A stretch of 64,000 nt of DNA from Tubiluchus corallicola (GCA_030141605.1 JAQGDQ010000001.1:930001-994000), one strand, 5' to 3'. Positions 12,309-27,371 are shown, numbered from the stretch's first letter. Program-made: numbers and translations. Notes: generated by a model from the letters alone, not told the origin.

Positions 12309-13920
12309 CTGTAGGTCAAACTCTAAGTCTTATACAAACATGCTATATAAGTTTATCAGTTCTCAAAAATTGCTAAATGCCAGCATACATGTTGGCACAG
12401 GGTTGTCATTGAATTTCATTTTTTGCTTGGAAAATCTGGTTATTCACCAACGCACACCCCTTCACTCACACTTTTTTCAATTTTAATAGCATTAATTTTA
12501 TTTCTCATTCCTATAATATTTATCCAAATACACTCAAGCTTGGAACGGTGGACTTTTAATTGTGATATTCATAAGTGAGTTTTACTTGCTTACTATGCCA
12601 ATTTTTGTGAATACAGGAGTATACGTACAAAATGCGTTTACAAATTCAAGAACTTCACCAAGTCTGGAAAAGTGAATCCACCTAAAGCTACAGCAATTTC
12701 TTACAGCTTATAAAAATTTCCAGTACACAATTCGGATTATCTCTAAGTGGAAACTACCGTTCAAAAGCATGCGAAATCGAATAAGTTGCACGTTTTTCTA
12801 CTTAAAGAGCAATCTTTGTAGATACCATCTAATTACAAGTATAAAAGTTTTGCAGGACTTTATGGTAGTACAACTGGAAAAAGCACCAAGAGCATGTTCA
12901 AACAGAATCCAACATTTCCTCGTTGTTAACAGGGTTTCTCTAGCGTCAATTTTTTTAGGATCCCGTAGATAAATATTTTTAGATACTTAAATTAGTAGAA
13001 CACCATGACAAAATATTTTGTTTTCAAATAAACTTATGTTGCACACTAATAAAATATGCTACATAGTAATACAGTATTACAGTAGTGAACTTACAGTTGT
13101 CATCTAGAAATCCACTCCATAATCCAATCCATAATATTGCCAAATCAGACATTTCTGTTGTTAGATGGCAGGGCAACACCATACCATGAAAATTAGAGTT
13201 TCTTTACGGATTCAAATAATTTTCATAATAGGCATTCCAATATAAAGCACTGAATAGAAATGAATGCCTTTGACTGTATTTTCATTTTTTTCATGTTAAG
13301 AAGAAAATAGATGTAGAACATTCTAATAATAAAAATTCTCTCTTTAAGAGAATGAGAACCTCACGACACTATCACCAAACAGAAATGTATTACTTGTATT
13401 TTCATAAAATTGTGTCCCTAGCCCAATGATCCGCAGCATTATCACATAGCTTAAAATTATGTCGTTAGATGGCAGTCTGAGCTTAAATAAATGCGAATTG
13501 GTACCACATTCTTAGAACACTTCGCTTTGCCTATTTTGTAATTCGCCCTTCCTCGGAAAAACTTTATTTTCCTCGAAAAATACATTTTAACAAAAAAGTC
13601 TACATTTTTCCCGATAAAAGTTTTAAATGTTTTCTGCTTTTAAAAATTTGATGGTTCAGGAGTTCACAATTTTTTTTAGAAATATCAAAATGAGCTTCAG
13701 TAAGTTCTCGGAACTTTTTATTATACGTATAATCTTAATTTCAGTATCACTGGTCAATATTATTAAAAATATAATTGTGGAAAATGATTAACTCAGTATT
13801 TCTGTTTCTAAATTAATTATTGTAAACATAATAATAAAGCAGTTAGCAATATTACTCTAACGTAAGTATTACTCTAAAGTAAGTAGCTCACTAAACGTGG
13901 AATTTTCTTGATCAGTAGTG

Positions 13921-14720
13921 AATTTGGTGGTCTAGCAGCCTAAACAGCTGTCTTGTGAGCAGAAGTTTTCTGATTCAAATCCAAGCTATATTCCAACTTT
14001 TTCACATTTCTTGTCTTTCAAGTTTGCTACCAAAATTTAATTAATTTTAGGCTTGTATATTAATAATAATCTTCACATTAAGATTATGGTAATAAATTAG
14101 ACTGGAACACGGGAGTGAGGTGCTAGGAACGCTTTGAGATCTGTCATGAAAACAAGGTGCTAGTTTAATAGTTATGGCGCTGTAATCCAAACATCCCTTG
14201 TTCAAATCCAGCTTTACCTACGGTTTTTCGCATTTGCTTTCCTTTGATTAAATTTGCTTTCAAAAACTGAGTAGCTTTTCGCCATCATTAAAGATTAGTG
14301 AAGAAACCGCGATTATAAAGAATTACTAAATTACCCACTGATCGTCTAAGATTCTAAAGAAATTACAGGAAATTAATTATATTAGCTAATGATTATTTTA
14401 CAGTTAATAATATGATGGAAACGGACTGCGTGGTCTAGTGATTGCTGTAGTAGATACAAAGTAACGTGTCCAGCTCAACTTCAGGCTTAGATAATTAACC
14501 TCGGCATTTTCACGCTTCTGTTCTTTCGACTAAGTTTTTTTCGAATATTAAAAAAGTATGTCATTTTTATTCATTAGCCAATAATCTTAAAATTAAGATT
14601 ACTGATATTTAGCCCGTTATGTCTTTCTTAAGTGTGATGGTTAGTGATTACACGGACCATAGGTACTTCACAGTAAAACAGAATTTAATTTTATTTGTAT
14701 TATGTTTCTCACATTTTTGC
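13921..14720 (+). repeat. Degenerate tandem array of 3-4 tRNA-like (A-box/B-box/oligo-T) units, ~230-270 bp spacing
   Basis: TGGTCTAGCAG..GATTCAAATCC (13972)..TTTTTCACATTT; TAGTTTAATAG..GTTCAAATCC (14200)..TTTTTCGCATTT; TGGTCTAGTGA (14431)..TTTTCACGCTT; units 1 and 3 share AATAATCTTnnnATTAAGATT. Confidence 0.6.
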
Positions 14721-16452
14721 TTGTATTTTCCGCGTATTATTATCGCCAGCGCTTAGTTTGCCATTTACGAGTACCTACAAAATTTTTAATATGTAAATTT
14801 ACACAAGACTGAAATAGTTGTAGACCGCTTTAAGGAGTCATATGGTTCTTATAGATGATTTATGCTTCAGAAAGACCGCGATTTAATGTTTTTTATAGCG
14901 TGTTTTTATCAAGGCTACCGGGAATAACGTGAAGTGAAAACGTTTTGCCCTGTTTTCGCAATTTTAAAGTAAGCCTTATCTTTGTTTGAGAGAGCCAAAT
15001 CTTTGAGTTTATAATAGTTACATAATCTGTTCGAAAGGCCTATTTAAGCTTCGTGGGAGGAAGGGCTATAATAGTTTTGCGTATAGTAAGTTCTTTACTA
15101 AATGCGTATATCCGATTCTCCTAAAATTTCATCTCTGAATAACCTGCGGAAAAAACATTTGCAAAATTATTTTGTAAGAACATTGGAATGTGTTCTTTAA
15201 AAAGATGAAAAAACGGCTATTATATTATTTGTCTTTTAGAAAACACAGTCTCCTAAACACATCCACCGGGACGAATGTCGATCATTTAGCTTGAAATTCT
15301 ACGTGGCCCCTTTACCAGAAAAACTACGTGAAGAACAGATACATTTTCTGTCATGTACATACGTGATACGTCTGTCAACTTATTGCTGATATATAATGAA
15401 AAGATTGCAGAGTTGGCGAATAAAACACCACATGGACTGTTCGTACAAATTTGTGGGCCAGTGGTATGCCACATGTCATACCATATAATAATAGCAACAG
15501 AATTAATATAATTGTTTAGATTCAAAATAATGTCTGCTTTTCTCATACAGTGTTTCATGCGTGCAACCAGATGGCATACAAAGATAGCTATCATGAAAGT
15601 ACACATGTATTACGACGCGCCAAATAACGAAAACAATTCGGTGAACGATTGTACTACTAGTTTTTGCTATATATCGCTACACCCTATAATATTATGATGA
15701 TTACATTGTAAGAAATGAAAGAAGTTAAAAAAAAATCAATGTCCCATTGGTATATCATGTTCACACGCTTTTTCATGATGACTATTTTCACCAAGAAATC
15801 ACGCAGTTTTTATTTGTTTGGTCACTTCAAACACGGGAAACTTTCACTTTTTTAGTTTTTGGAGGATTTCTTCAGTGCATTTTCATGTTTTGTGTAGTTT
15901 CACGTAATAGCTGAATGTGGATTTTCTTTTCTTGTTTTTTTGTTGTATTTAGTGCAGGAATATGTTAATAGAACTGTTGCAGTGGAGAAAATTAAGAAGC
16001 AATTTTTATAAAAATATGCATAACTTGAAATTGCCCATAAAATAAATAACTTTGTGTATACTACGTAGAATAGTAAATGGTGTCGCTGTGTCTGATTACA
16101 GCAATTCGTCAAATCATTCGAAGTTACTTTTGTGTGTTAAAAGTGAAATCAAGATTAAATAGTTAGAACAAATAAATTAAAACTGATCGTAGATAAAGTT
16201 GCAAAGAAAGAGGAGAGATACTCTATTTTTGGGGTGGAGGAAGGCCAATCAAAATGATGTTTTGCTGATCCACAGCATGTAGCTGCATGTCTTCATGCAT
16301 GCATTTTTCACATTTTCCAAACGGTCCATCAAACTGCAAATTTATCCAGCCTATGTCGGTCGGGTAATTCCCGACGGTCTTGGCAGGCTCAGACTTCCCC
16401 CTCTGCCGCCAATTCCCCCTGATTAAATGTCACACGGTTTAGTCTCCGCAAC

Positions 16453-17050
16453 GAATGTAGATAAAAATGACACAGGAAAAATGGCGCAGTAAAATGGCAC
16501 AAGAAAAAGGGCACAAATAGAAAAATGAAATGTAAAACTAAAATGTACTCAGTAGTAAGATTCCAACATAGTAAGATTCCAACAAAAACCGAACAATCCT
16601 GAACATGTTCGTCTGATTTTTTTGACTAAAAACATAAAAAAAGATGAACAGACAATCATACAGAATATGCCTATATAAATCATTAATCATTATACATACT
16701 TTGCGAAAAAATCCACAAAATATTTTGTTCATAAAATAGACTTATATTCAATCGCGTACGATATCCTACTTAGTGTTCGTTTACAATTTTTGACTGCCCT
16801 TATGACATTGATAATATAAATATGCTGCATTTACTAACTGAAGTTAGCTTATATGGTTATATATATAAGCAAAGGTTATAGAAAGTATTACATTATAGTT
16901 TTCTAAGCGTGAATTCCTCGAAATGGAACCTAAAACTCGTATGTCATTCGTCGAAGCATTCATTACATTACCCTATCTTGTAGTTCCTCCTCTTTCCAAA
17001 GAACATATTTAGCATGCTTTTCTTACCAGTGCCATTTTTGCCGTGCACTC
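16453..17050. mobile_element. Mutator-like (MULE) non-autonomous element
   Basis: Direct repeat TCTCCGCAACG at 16443-16453 and 17049-17059 (TSD 8-11 bp); imperfect G...C TIRs with repeated AAAAATGGCAC-like subterminal motifs. Confidence 0.72.
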
Positions 17051-17901
17051 TCCGCAACGGTCGATTGTAGCACATATTGCTTGACACCGAATTTACACTT
17101 AACCTTTTCTTAGCTTTTGAACTGCCTTAATTTTTTGTGATGGCCATTTTTTAACCTGGTTCGCACATACGATCATTTCAGATCAACCTTCTAAAGTTAT
17201 CCACACTTGGATCTGTTCATTACCAGGACAGTGAGCAACAATTGTGGCTTTAAGGCCACAAATGTCCGAGTTTCTTGTTTTATTTAATTTAATTTTTAAG
17301 TTAAGTTTAAGTTTTAATTTATACTGATTTAGTTCATAGGGGCTATACCTTGTCACCGACATTGTGAAGCCGTTTTTGTAAACTAAATTTTCGCCACTAA
17401 ATGGGCAATTAAAAATCCGCTCCGTTTTTCCTTCCTCTGTGACGTATTTTATTGTTTCATCCACTCGTTCTCATTCTCTTGCCCAGTCTTTTTTCTACCT
17501 CACTCTGCTCTTCTCCTCTTCTTTCTTTCTCTCTCCTTCTCCCCGCTCTCTTCTTTTTGTTCTCTCCGTTTGCTAATTACCTGCATTCGCAAGCTAGGAC
17601 CCCAGCAGCAATTTTGCCCTTTCAAGCACTAAGTTCCGCATACTGATTTCATAATCTTGTCTGGAATTACAATTAAAATATGCATTTTAAAATAAAATAT
17701 TAATCATCATCAACTAATTTTAATTTAAATGTGCTTTATAGTTCATAAGCTGTTTAGTTTTTGTAATAAATATTGATAACAATATAAGCAAAAAACTGAA
17801 GCAAGTATCAACAACTTGTAAACTAGTATTGCAATATATTAACGCTCAATAGACGTAAAATTTAGAAATAAACATTTAATTTACAACAAAGAAAATTATT
17901 T

Positions 17902-18070
17902 AAATAATAATAATAATAGCAATAATAATAATATTAATGATAAAGGTAACAATAACAAAAACAACAACAACAACAACGATAATAATAATAATAGTAATAA
18001 TCTTTATCATCATCATAATAATAATAATAATAATAATAAAAATAAAAATAGTAATAATAATAATAATAAC

Positions 18071-18103
<33 letters not shown>

Positions 18104-18256
18104 CTTTATAGTTTATCATAATGTTATTTCGTTAAATCCATGTGCTGACTGCTGAGTGGAAGAAACAACGGTACCTTAAATTATTAAGTCTTTGGTATGA
18201 CTTGGTCAGGACCTTGAATCACGACCTATAGGGTGGGAAGCAAGAATGTTACCACA
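17902..18256 (-). mobile_element. tRNA-derived SINE with (ATT)n tail, copy 2 (5'-truncated)
   Basis: 18104-18256 nearly identical to 12144-12296; tail is an interrupted AAT/AAC repeat. Confidence 0.75.
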
Positions 18257-21200
18257 ATTCTATTGACCAACATTGCTTATTACATATTGAATCAAACAGT
18301 TTGCTAGACAGAATAAGTTCCTAGTTAACTGATTTAGATAGGGTATTTGAAGGATAGAAAAAGTTCCTAGTTAACTTATTTAAATGGGATATTGGGAAAC
18401 TCACCAAGTTAGGCCTAAATGAATAGATAGTTGCGTTTAAAAATTTCACATTGGTTCTATTTTTGCCGATACTGCTATAATTATTTTATGTACGTGATTG
18501 TACTGTACGTTCGACTGATGCAGTATATAACACCGAATTTTGCAGTTTTGACTAATGGTTAAAGGCGTGCAACCTCTGCTTGCAAATCCCCAATCAAGTT
18601 GGCCAAGAGGACCTATAGAAGTGCACTGGTGTGGAAAGACAGGTGTTGTGAAAGTTGTATAGGCTTGCGATGATTGACGCATCAACTGGTTTCTAAGAGC
18701 TCTAAATGGAAAATATCTCGAGCTGGGGCCCTGGCGACTGATTATTCTAACGACCTACCAATGCTGCCAATAGTAATCTCGAATATCTAAACGGAAGCGA
18801 ACTGTAATTTTTCTGGCATTCGAATGAAAAACAATTATTTTGTGTTTTGAACTAAATACAAACTGAGTCCCATGATGGAAGAAAATCATGATAGTTGAAG
18901 CATTAAGGTGTAATTACTTAATAGGTTTTCATAATTACTGGTTTTTATTCGAACAAATAATTCGATAATACGATAAATTATATTATAAAAACACACTTCG
19001 CCGTTAATCACGAAAAATGCATAAGTGCAAAATTTCACTAAAGCGAATTCGTAAAAAATAGATTTATTGTACTTCTAATTATTTTGCTTTTAATAGAAAT
19101 TTGGGTTTATTCTAATAATGTGCGAAATTAACTGCATCGTTTAACAAGAAGTGACGAAAAAAACATTAGATGTGACAAAACATCTTGAAAAATGCATAGT
19201 AGGCTTAAACTAGTCTGTGAGCCTCAATGGAAATTAAAGGAGGATCAGCTTATTAATAATGCTTTACCTTTTTGGGTAATTATGTCGTCCCGTTAGGCAT
19301 ATGATATCAATGTTATTACTATTTATCGCGACGGTGGCGCCTTCTATTAAAATTATTATTGAATGGACAGAAGGTAGTGTCCTTTGAAACTTCATCTCCA
19401 CCCATTGTTCAAAATGACAGTAATTAATAGTACCATTCTGCCTTTAAGAAATAGTAGTAAAAAGTAAATCATTGTAATTAACAATTAGATGTCAATGTAA
19501 TTTTAACATTTAACTTTAGTATACTAAAGTACTAGTATACTAGTATACTTTAGTGCACTAAAGTATAGAGGAGGTGGGAAAGAGACGCCGCGCTTGTCGG
19601 GAATGCATTTATAACCTCAGCGTGGGAATTCAATTTTATACGTCTCATAAAAAATACATATAACTAGGACTACCATAAATATTTATTAGGCATACAGTTA
19701 CTGTTACTATTAGCAAGATAATTCTGCGTTGGATAAATCATTATGCACTGTTGCACTGCATAATACACTGCTGAATTGTTTCATTAAAATATAAAAGGAA
19801 CTTACTATATAAACTATATAGTGACTTACTTTATACTATATAAATAAAACTTTAGAAAAAGCCCGACTTGCAAAAGGAAAGGGTATAATAAATACATAAA
19901 AATCAAAATATTTTAAAGTAACCACTGCATTCATATTTTCTAAATAATACAATAATTGTATTAAATTTTCGTTGCTTTTGTCCTTGGTTAACTGCAAAAT
20001 TATTGGTCTATCGCATTGATTTACTAGCTTAAATCAAAGAGCTTTGATCGCTTCATTTTAATTACGAAACACAACTTTTACGAACTTTTTACTACTCTTC
20101 TTTCTTTAACACTGTGGTTTTTCAGCCTCTTTATTGAAGCAATGCTTTGATCAATTTGCTAAAAAGTGCGGTATGGTGTATTCTTTGCCAAGTAGTTAAA
20201 TTATCAGAATGAGCCCTATTTGGCCTCATCACACTCACAAAAGCAAATATGGATCAGAAGTCGGTAAATATTTCACCATCGTGATGAGCTGTGCAAAAAC
20301 TTGACTTAGAATGTTGTTCGAGTCCATGCAGTATAGTAGTGGAGTTTCGGTAAAGTTTACTCAGCGAGGACTTTGCAGAAATTCAACTTGTGGAAATGCA
20401 GTCGCGCGCATATAGCATGTGTATAATATAAAGAGTAAACTTATTTTCAAAAATTTTGCAGTGAAAAAAATCAGTTAACTTTTTGCAGTATTTGTAGTTA
20501 TAATTATTGAAGTTTACATTTTATGCATTTGTAAATATAATAGAATAAATTTATGATTATGATTAATTTTCTGCTTAATCTACATTAGTCATCCTTGCCA
20601 TATTGCTCCGTCGTCCACTGCTGTTTGTATATTTACTTCTCAATAGTTGCCACTTTTAGTTACTTGAACTGAGAAATTCAATTGTCTTAATTACAGCTTT
20701 ACGGGTTTAACAGTGACTTTCACGTGAGGGCGTCATCATATCAACATTTTAATAATACATAAATTTATGATGTATTAATTACTTCTAAAATAAGTATGCC
20801 TATTTATTTACCAGTTGTTGCGGTTAAGGTAATTAACTCACAATTTAATTGCTAATAGTTTTGGAGTAGCCTACTTATAATTCATGTACAGATAGCGCAA
20901 ATCGAATGCTCGTCATTAGCTTCGGTATTTAACGAGTAAATATAACAAACTCACAATAATGAGTGTAAACTTAATTGTTAAGTACGTAAACGAGTTATAT
21001 AATTAAAACCAAATTATAAACAGACTCGATACATAAAGATACGCAGCAATAGTTATAAGGGCTATAAGCCTATATCTACTGTAGTAGAAGTTTCTGGTTT
21101 TACTTATCTAATTATAATGGTTACGTTATGCCTGTGTGAAATTTTATGTAACTGCAATTTTTTAAAGCATTTTAGCATAGTTTATGTAAGAGGTGTTTTA

Positions 21201-24200
21201 AGTTTCTTTTGGGCCAGGTATATTTTTATCCGCATTTCATGTCCTACTTCAAGAACAGACACACAATATAATTTACTAAAATAAACTTACTAAATTTACT
21301 AATATTTTTATCAGTAAATCTTAGTCGTCGGCGGAGCGTAATTTTATGAATTCAAAATGCGTTATTTGTGAAGGCCTTTAGCGTTCAGATAATGCGTGTT
21401 TTGGTCGATACAGGTGATTTCTTAGCCAGACAATAACACAGTATAATGCAATGCCCACAGGTGTATATACAGTATAACTACTATTAGGTACAATTCAGCA
21501 TTCAGACGATGAATAGGCGGTACAGTGATGCGTATAGGGTACACAAAGAGAAATGATAGTTGTAGAAAATGAAGGAATGTGATTGGACTATTATAGTGTA
21601 CACAATGTGTTTAGGATTTCACTATAGGCAATGATTAGCACACTTACGCTCCTCTGCTGTAACAGTTACGAATGTTTAAAAACAATTAAGAACTATTATT
21701 TTTTAATTAATCAAAATTTCGTCCAACTTTTTACTGGATAAATCTGCATGTGTATGCGCAAGTCTGCGCATAAACTATATATGAAACAGTAATTTTAAAT
21801 TTAAAGGTGATTAAAACTTTCTCTTAAATTTGTGTTTAACAAACTTTTCAGGATGCACTATCAAGGCAATCGATAGGCCATCGGGTACAGTAACTTGCAA
21901 AGAGTACTATGGACAATTCACATTGAATTTTGAGCATTAATAAATGGAGTGTTATTAAAAGAAATCTAAAGATTTTTTTATTAGTATTAATCATCTTAGT
22001 GTTTCGTGTAATTACTGTATAGGGCTCGTGCAATGATAATTATTTGAATAGATAAAAAATATAGATAACTATATATAATAGAAGGTAATGTAAAATTTCT
22101 AGCACTTTTTCCCATACTTGATATCGCTGTATTAATTCTCCAGTACCTAGTATTTTTTATTCATAAACACGTTGTAATGAGTTGCAAACGTGCGAAATAA
22201 TCCAATTTAGTTTAATTCTGTTAATTTAAGTTCAGCGTCTGTATTGTGAGCTAGCCGTTTAATTTATAGTGTTGAGGATAAAAACTGCAGTGAATTACGG
22301 TACCATATTGTTCACAAACAATATGTAAACAGAACATTAAGATTCAGCTAACATAGTGTTTTACTACAATGAGGTGGTGTTGGTTTTTACTGCACCATTA
22401 GCACTTAATTTTATGAAAATATTAAAATACTCCCAAGCTTTCAATTAGTTATTTGAAATACCATATTTTCTAATTAATATGTGGATTAATAAATACAAAA
22501 AATTGTATCGTAACGTTAGTAAATTTATACATTTCTCTAGCTATATAATATGTAGCCAACGACTAGCCTATAGATACAGGATTGCGGGATAAATTATAGA
22601 TTAATAATGATTATAAAAGTTTCTACTGTAACGTAAAAATGACTGCATACACTCGTGTATGAGCCTGTATGGCTGTTAGTTACCATTTGAACTTTCATTT
22701 TACTTTGAGGAGAAATGTTTTGGTTACAATTGGTTCAAAATTGTGTTCATTTTTAAATGTCCTAATTTTTAAAAATTTATATTATGTAAAATTGAAACCC
22801 TGAAACAGTCTGAAAGTAAAAATGTTAAGCTGAAATTCGTGGTTTAAATATTTTAACGCGCTGTTCTAGCAAAGCAAGCCGCCTTTAATTCCACGCGAAA
22901 ATTCAATTTATTTTTAGATTCCTATCATGTTCTCTCCAGCGGTCCAGTTGTTTCTAGACGATTTGGCCGTCAACGAACTTATAATTTCTCATCGTATTTA
23001 CGTGATATAAGATGTACATGTCAGTTCGTAACTCATTCATCACTGTATCGTGGCATTCCATCGGTTCAATAAACTGTGGTCACCGTCGCGGCTCCCCGGA
23101 CACAAATCGACGCATCAAAATACATTAACATTCATATCTCTGGATGAGTAATACGAGCCTGCCTTTTTATTTCTGGTTACAACCAGCTATAGAACTATAA
23201 ATTAGTATGCTATAAAGGTCGTTGCCAAGGATGTGTTGTTTCATTAGCTTTCTGGGGTCAAAAATTCATTTTATTACGCAGACCTATCTTTATAAAATAA
23301 TTATAATTGTTGTATCTTATACATGGAAGGGAAAATCGATATATTCTACTATAGGTCTACCACCGAGAAAAATAAATATCAATTCGTTGACAAATATTTC
23401 ACATAATCTTTGACACAGATTTGTTTAACCCACATTTTTATGAATAGAGCATTAATAAAAAATGTAAAGTTTTTGCTACATTTTTGAGCCATATTTTATG
23501 GTAACTAAATTGTATTTCATGTGAAATTAACGCCTTATCCCCGAGTTACAGTTCCATGATGATACCTGAAAAATTATGTTCATAAAGTTTTTTGTTAGGT
23601 AAACGAACTATTGCTTATATGTGTATGCAATATTAGTTTGACTTTGATTATGCAAATTAAACAGCAGCTATAAAGTCGGTTGCCATAACAGGAATGTAAT
23701 AATTTTCTGTCAACTGCAAAGTTTTGGTACTACTGTACATGTTCAAAGTTGTTATTGCTGGCAAAAGGTAAGTAAACTTCTAAGAAGCATTATTAAAAAC
23801 AACTTAATTTATTCAGGGTATAGTAATATAAAAAACAATAGCTGTCTTTCGTACGCTTGTAATCAAAATTGTTTCAAAACTATAATTATTATTTACATAT
23901 CTATGACAAAACTGACAACTTATAAGTGAGCAATTATATACAAAACAATATTATTTTCTAAATACAAAGAAACTATAATTGAACACTTTGGTCAAATTCA
24001 ATTCACATTTGATTGTTTAAACTTACCAATGTCAAAATGTCAAATATTATAAATTGCCGTATGCGTTGCAATTATACACAAATCTCGCAAGTGTCTTAAG
24101 AAGCTGACTGTAAACTCTTAAAAGATTATAATTTAACTAGGCAGCAAAAATAACGCACACGATATTGTAATTTAAGCTAACCACTTTTACGGCATTAAAC

Positions 24201-26366
24201 TAAAAGGCGAGCCTTGTGTAAAACAACTTAGGCACAAAAACAATGGAGGAAAAATACAATGAAAGAAATGGTAAAACTCTTTTTAGTGTTTTTTAACTAC
24301 ACACAAATACGAAAATGGAAGCTGTGAACAAAACACAATTATTACCAAACTAAAATCGCTGTGAAAACTAAAGATTCGCTCTATATATACATATACATGC
24401 ATATATATATATATATATCTGAACTCAAATCGCAAACGAACTGATATGATCGACGACTCATTTTCGAAACTGACCCAAGGTCCAACATCCACACACAGCA
24501 AATATGCACATTTTCAGACATTTTTTGGCTAAAATAACACATCTCGTGAGCGATTTTGTTATTTTTGTCAAAATCTTGCAAATATTCCCACCAGAGACAA
24601 AACTCGTGTGGTAACATTTATAGTCTGAATTTCTTTCAAAGACAAAATAAATAAACATTCAAGATAATAATAATAATAATAACACGAATATATAACTGAG
24701 ACAAAATGCGCGATGACCTAAAATAATACATCTGGAGACAAAAATAATCTCATAGGCCTACTGTACTACAGGTAGCTACAAAATTTATACTGTTCGCATT
24801 AACAAAAAGATCACACGCATTACAGATATTGACACACATTTTACAGATAAAGACAGAAAGCGTTTATAAAATGTACTGTATCAATATAAGTCCAAATGAA
24901 CAAAAAATGTATGTTTTAGCAAATAAATTTAAGAGCAAAAACTAGCACATCAGGAAAACTAACAAAACCAGAACTTTTATTACAAAAAATAGCTCAAAAC
25001 CAGGCTATTTTCGCGTATTTTTATGACGAATGGCAGTCAAATGCTCATATTTTCTTAATTGTGAATATTTGTAACGGCAAAAGAAAATATCGAAAGTCTT
25101 AAGACATTTAGCAAAGGCCTACTTTTCAAGAATGACACACTAAAACAGACAAAAACGTCAAAATAATGAGTATCTTAGAGCCTGGAGCTCGAAAGCAAAA
25201 TTCCAAAATTCTTACTGACAAAAGTAGGCCTCCATATTACCGCTAGCATCTGTAAGTCTAAATAGACTATACAAGCTAACATCTGAGAAAAATTGTCTGT
25301 TGTAACTAGCCATAAAATTTCAAAGACATAATGGGTGCTATTTGAGAGGGGAACTGACAATATTAGAACAGTTATAATAATATTTTGACTATCATAGTAT
25401 ACCACACACGTCGTAGGTGAATATGTTTTCCGAAAACAGAAACAATAAACGAAGACTTCTACTCCACTTCTATTGATTACTAGCACTATTTAATTTTATA
25501 GTAATAAATTTGCAATGAACAGCTTTTACGGGTTTCACATTTTTTTGCAAAAAAATTGGAAGGATGAAGTTTGATGCCTTTAAATTTTTAAACATATTTA
25601 CATAAAATGACATGGTAGACACGCTATGAACCAGTTTTTCATAAAAACAGAAAGATATGGAAAATGGTGAAAATTACAGAAGCTTATACATTAACTTAGC
25701 TATGGCAATACGAAAAGAAATGTAATTTTCACGTAAAAATAGGCCTAATTAAATTACAATTTTAAGAAAAAGAAACTAGTCTATTAGTGGATATGATAAT
25801 AAACTATCATAAATACATTACTTAAAATACAATTAAATTGATGATACATTAGATACGGCAGTGAGCTAATCATTTCAATGATGAGTCTTGCCCAGTGTCA
25901 ACAAAAAGCATAATAAATGCACTAAGAGAGATCAACGTGCTATCACTACACTTGTAGACCATATCAATACGATTATAACTCATGATGCCCAAAGTACTCA
26001 AGTAATAAAAATGGTTTTGGCAGAAAAATTCATGCATAAACAGATCTCTTAAACCTTAAAAGTACCCGGCTCGCTTTAAATCATGAAGTTGGCTGGTCCT
26101 GGTGGTCCAACATACATCTTTAAATATTCTTAAACGGACTTCAGAAAAAGATATCCAAAGGAATTAAGGCACAACACAGAAGTCAAAATAAAGATCTGAA
26201 AACGAGCAACCAGCACAAGGCACGTGGTGTTACACAACTTTTTGCTGACGCCAACGATTCAAATGCCAAGTCCTTTTTCGTTTCTCTCTCTCTCTCTTTC
26301 TACATATCAAAACTAATACTGTATGTGGTATTTTTTTAGGTTTGACAAATATTTGACCAGCAGTTT

Positions 26367-27371
<1,005 letters not shown>

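Noticed and set aside
13921-14220. Genuine tRNA genes
   Set aside because: A/B boxes are present but I could not fold acceptor and anticodon stems; treated as tRNA-derived repeats.
14830-15315. Possible Kolobok-like MITE (TTTAAGGAGTCA ... TGGCCCCTTTAC)
   Set aside because: Inverted ends match too weakly to support a call.
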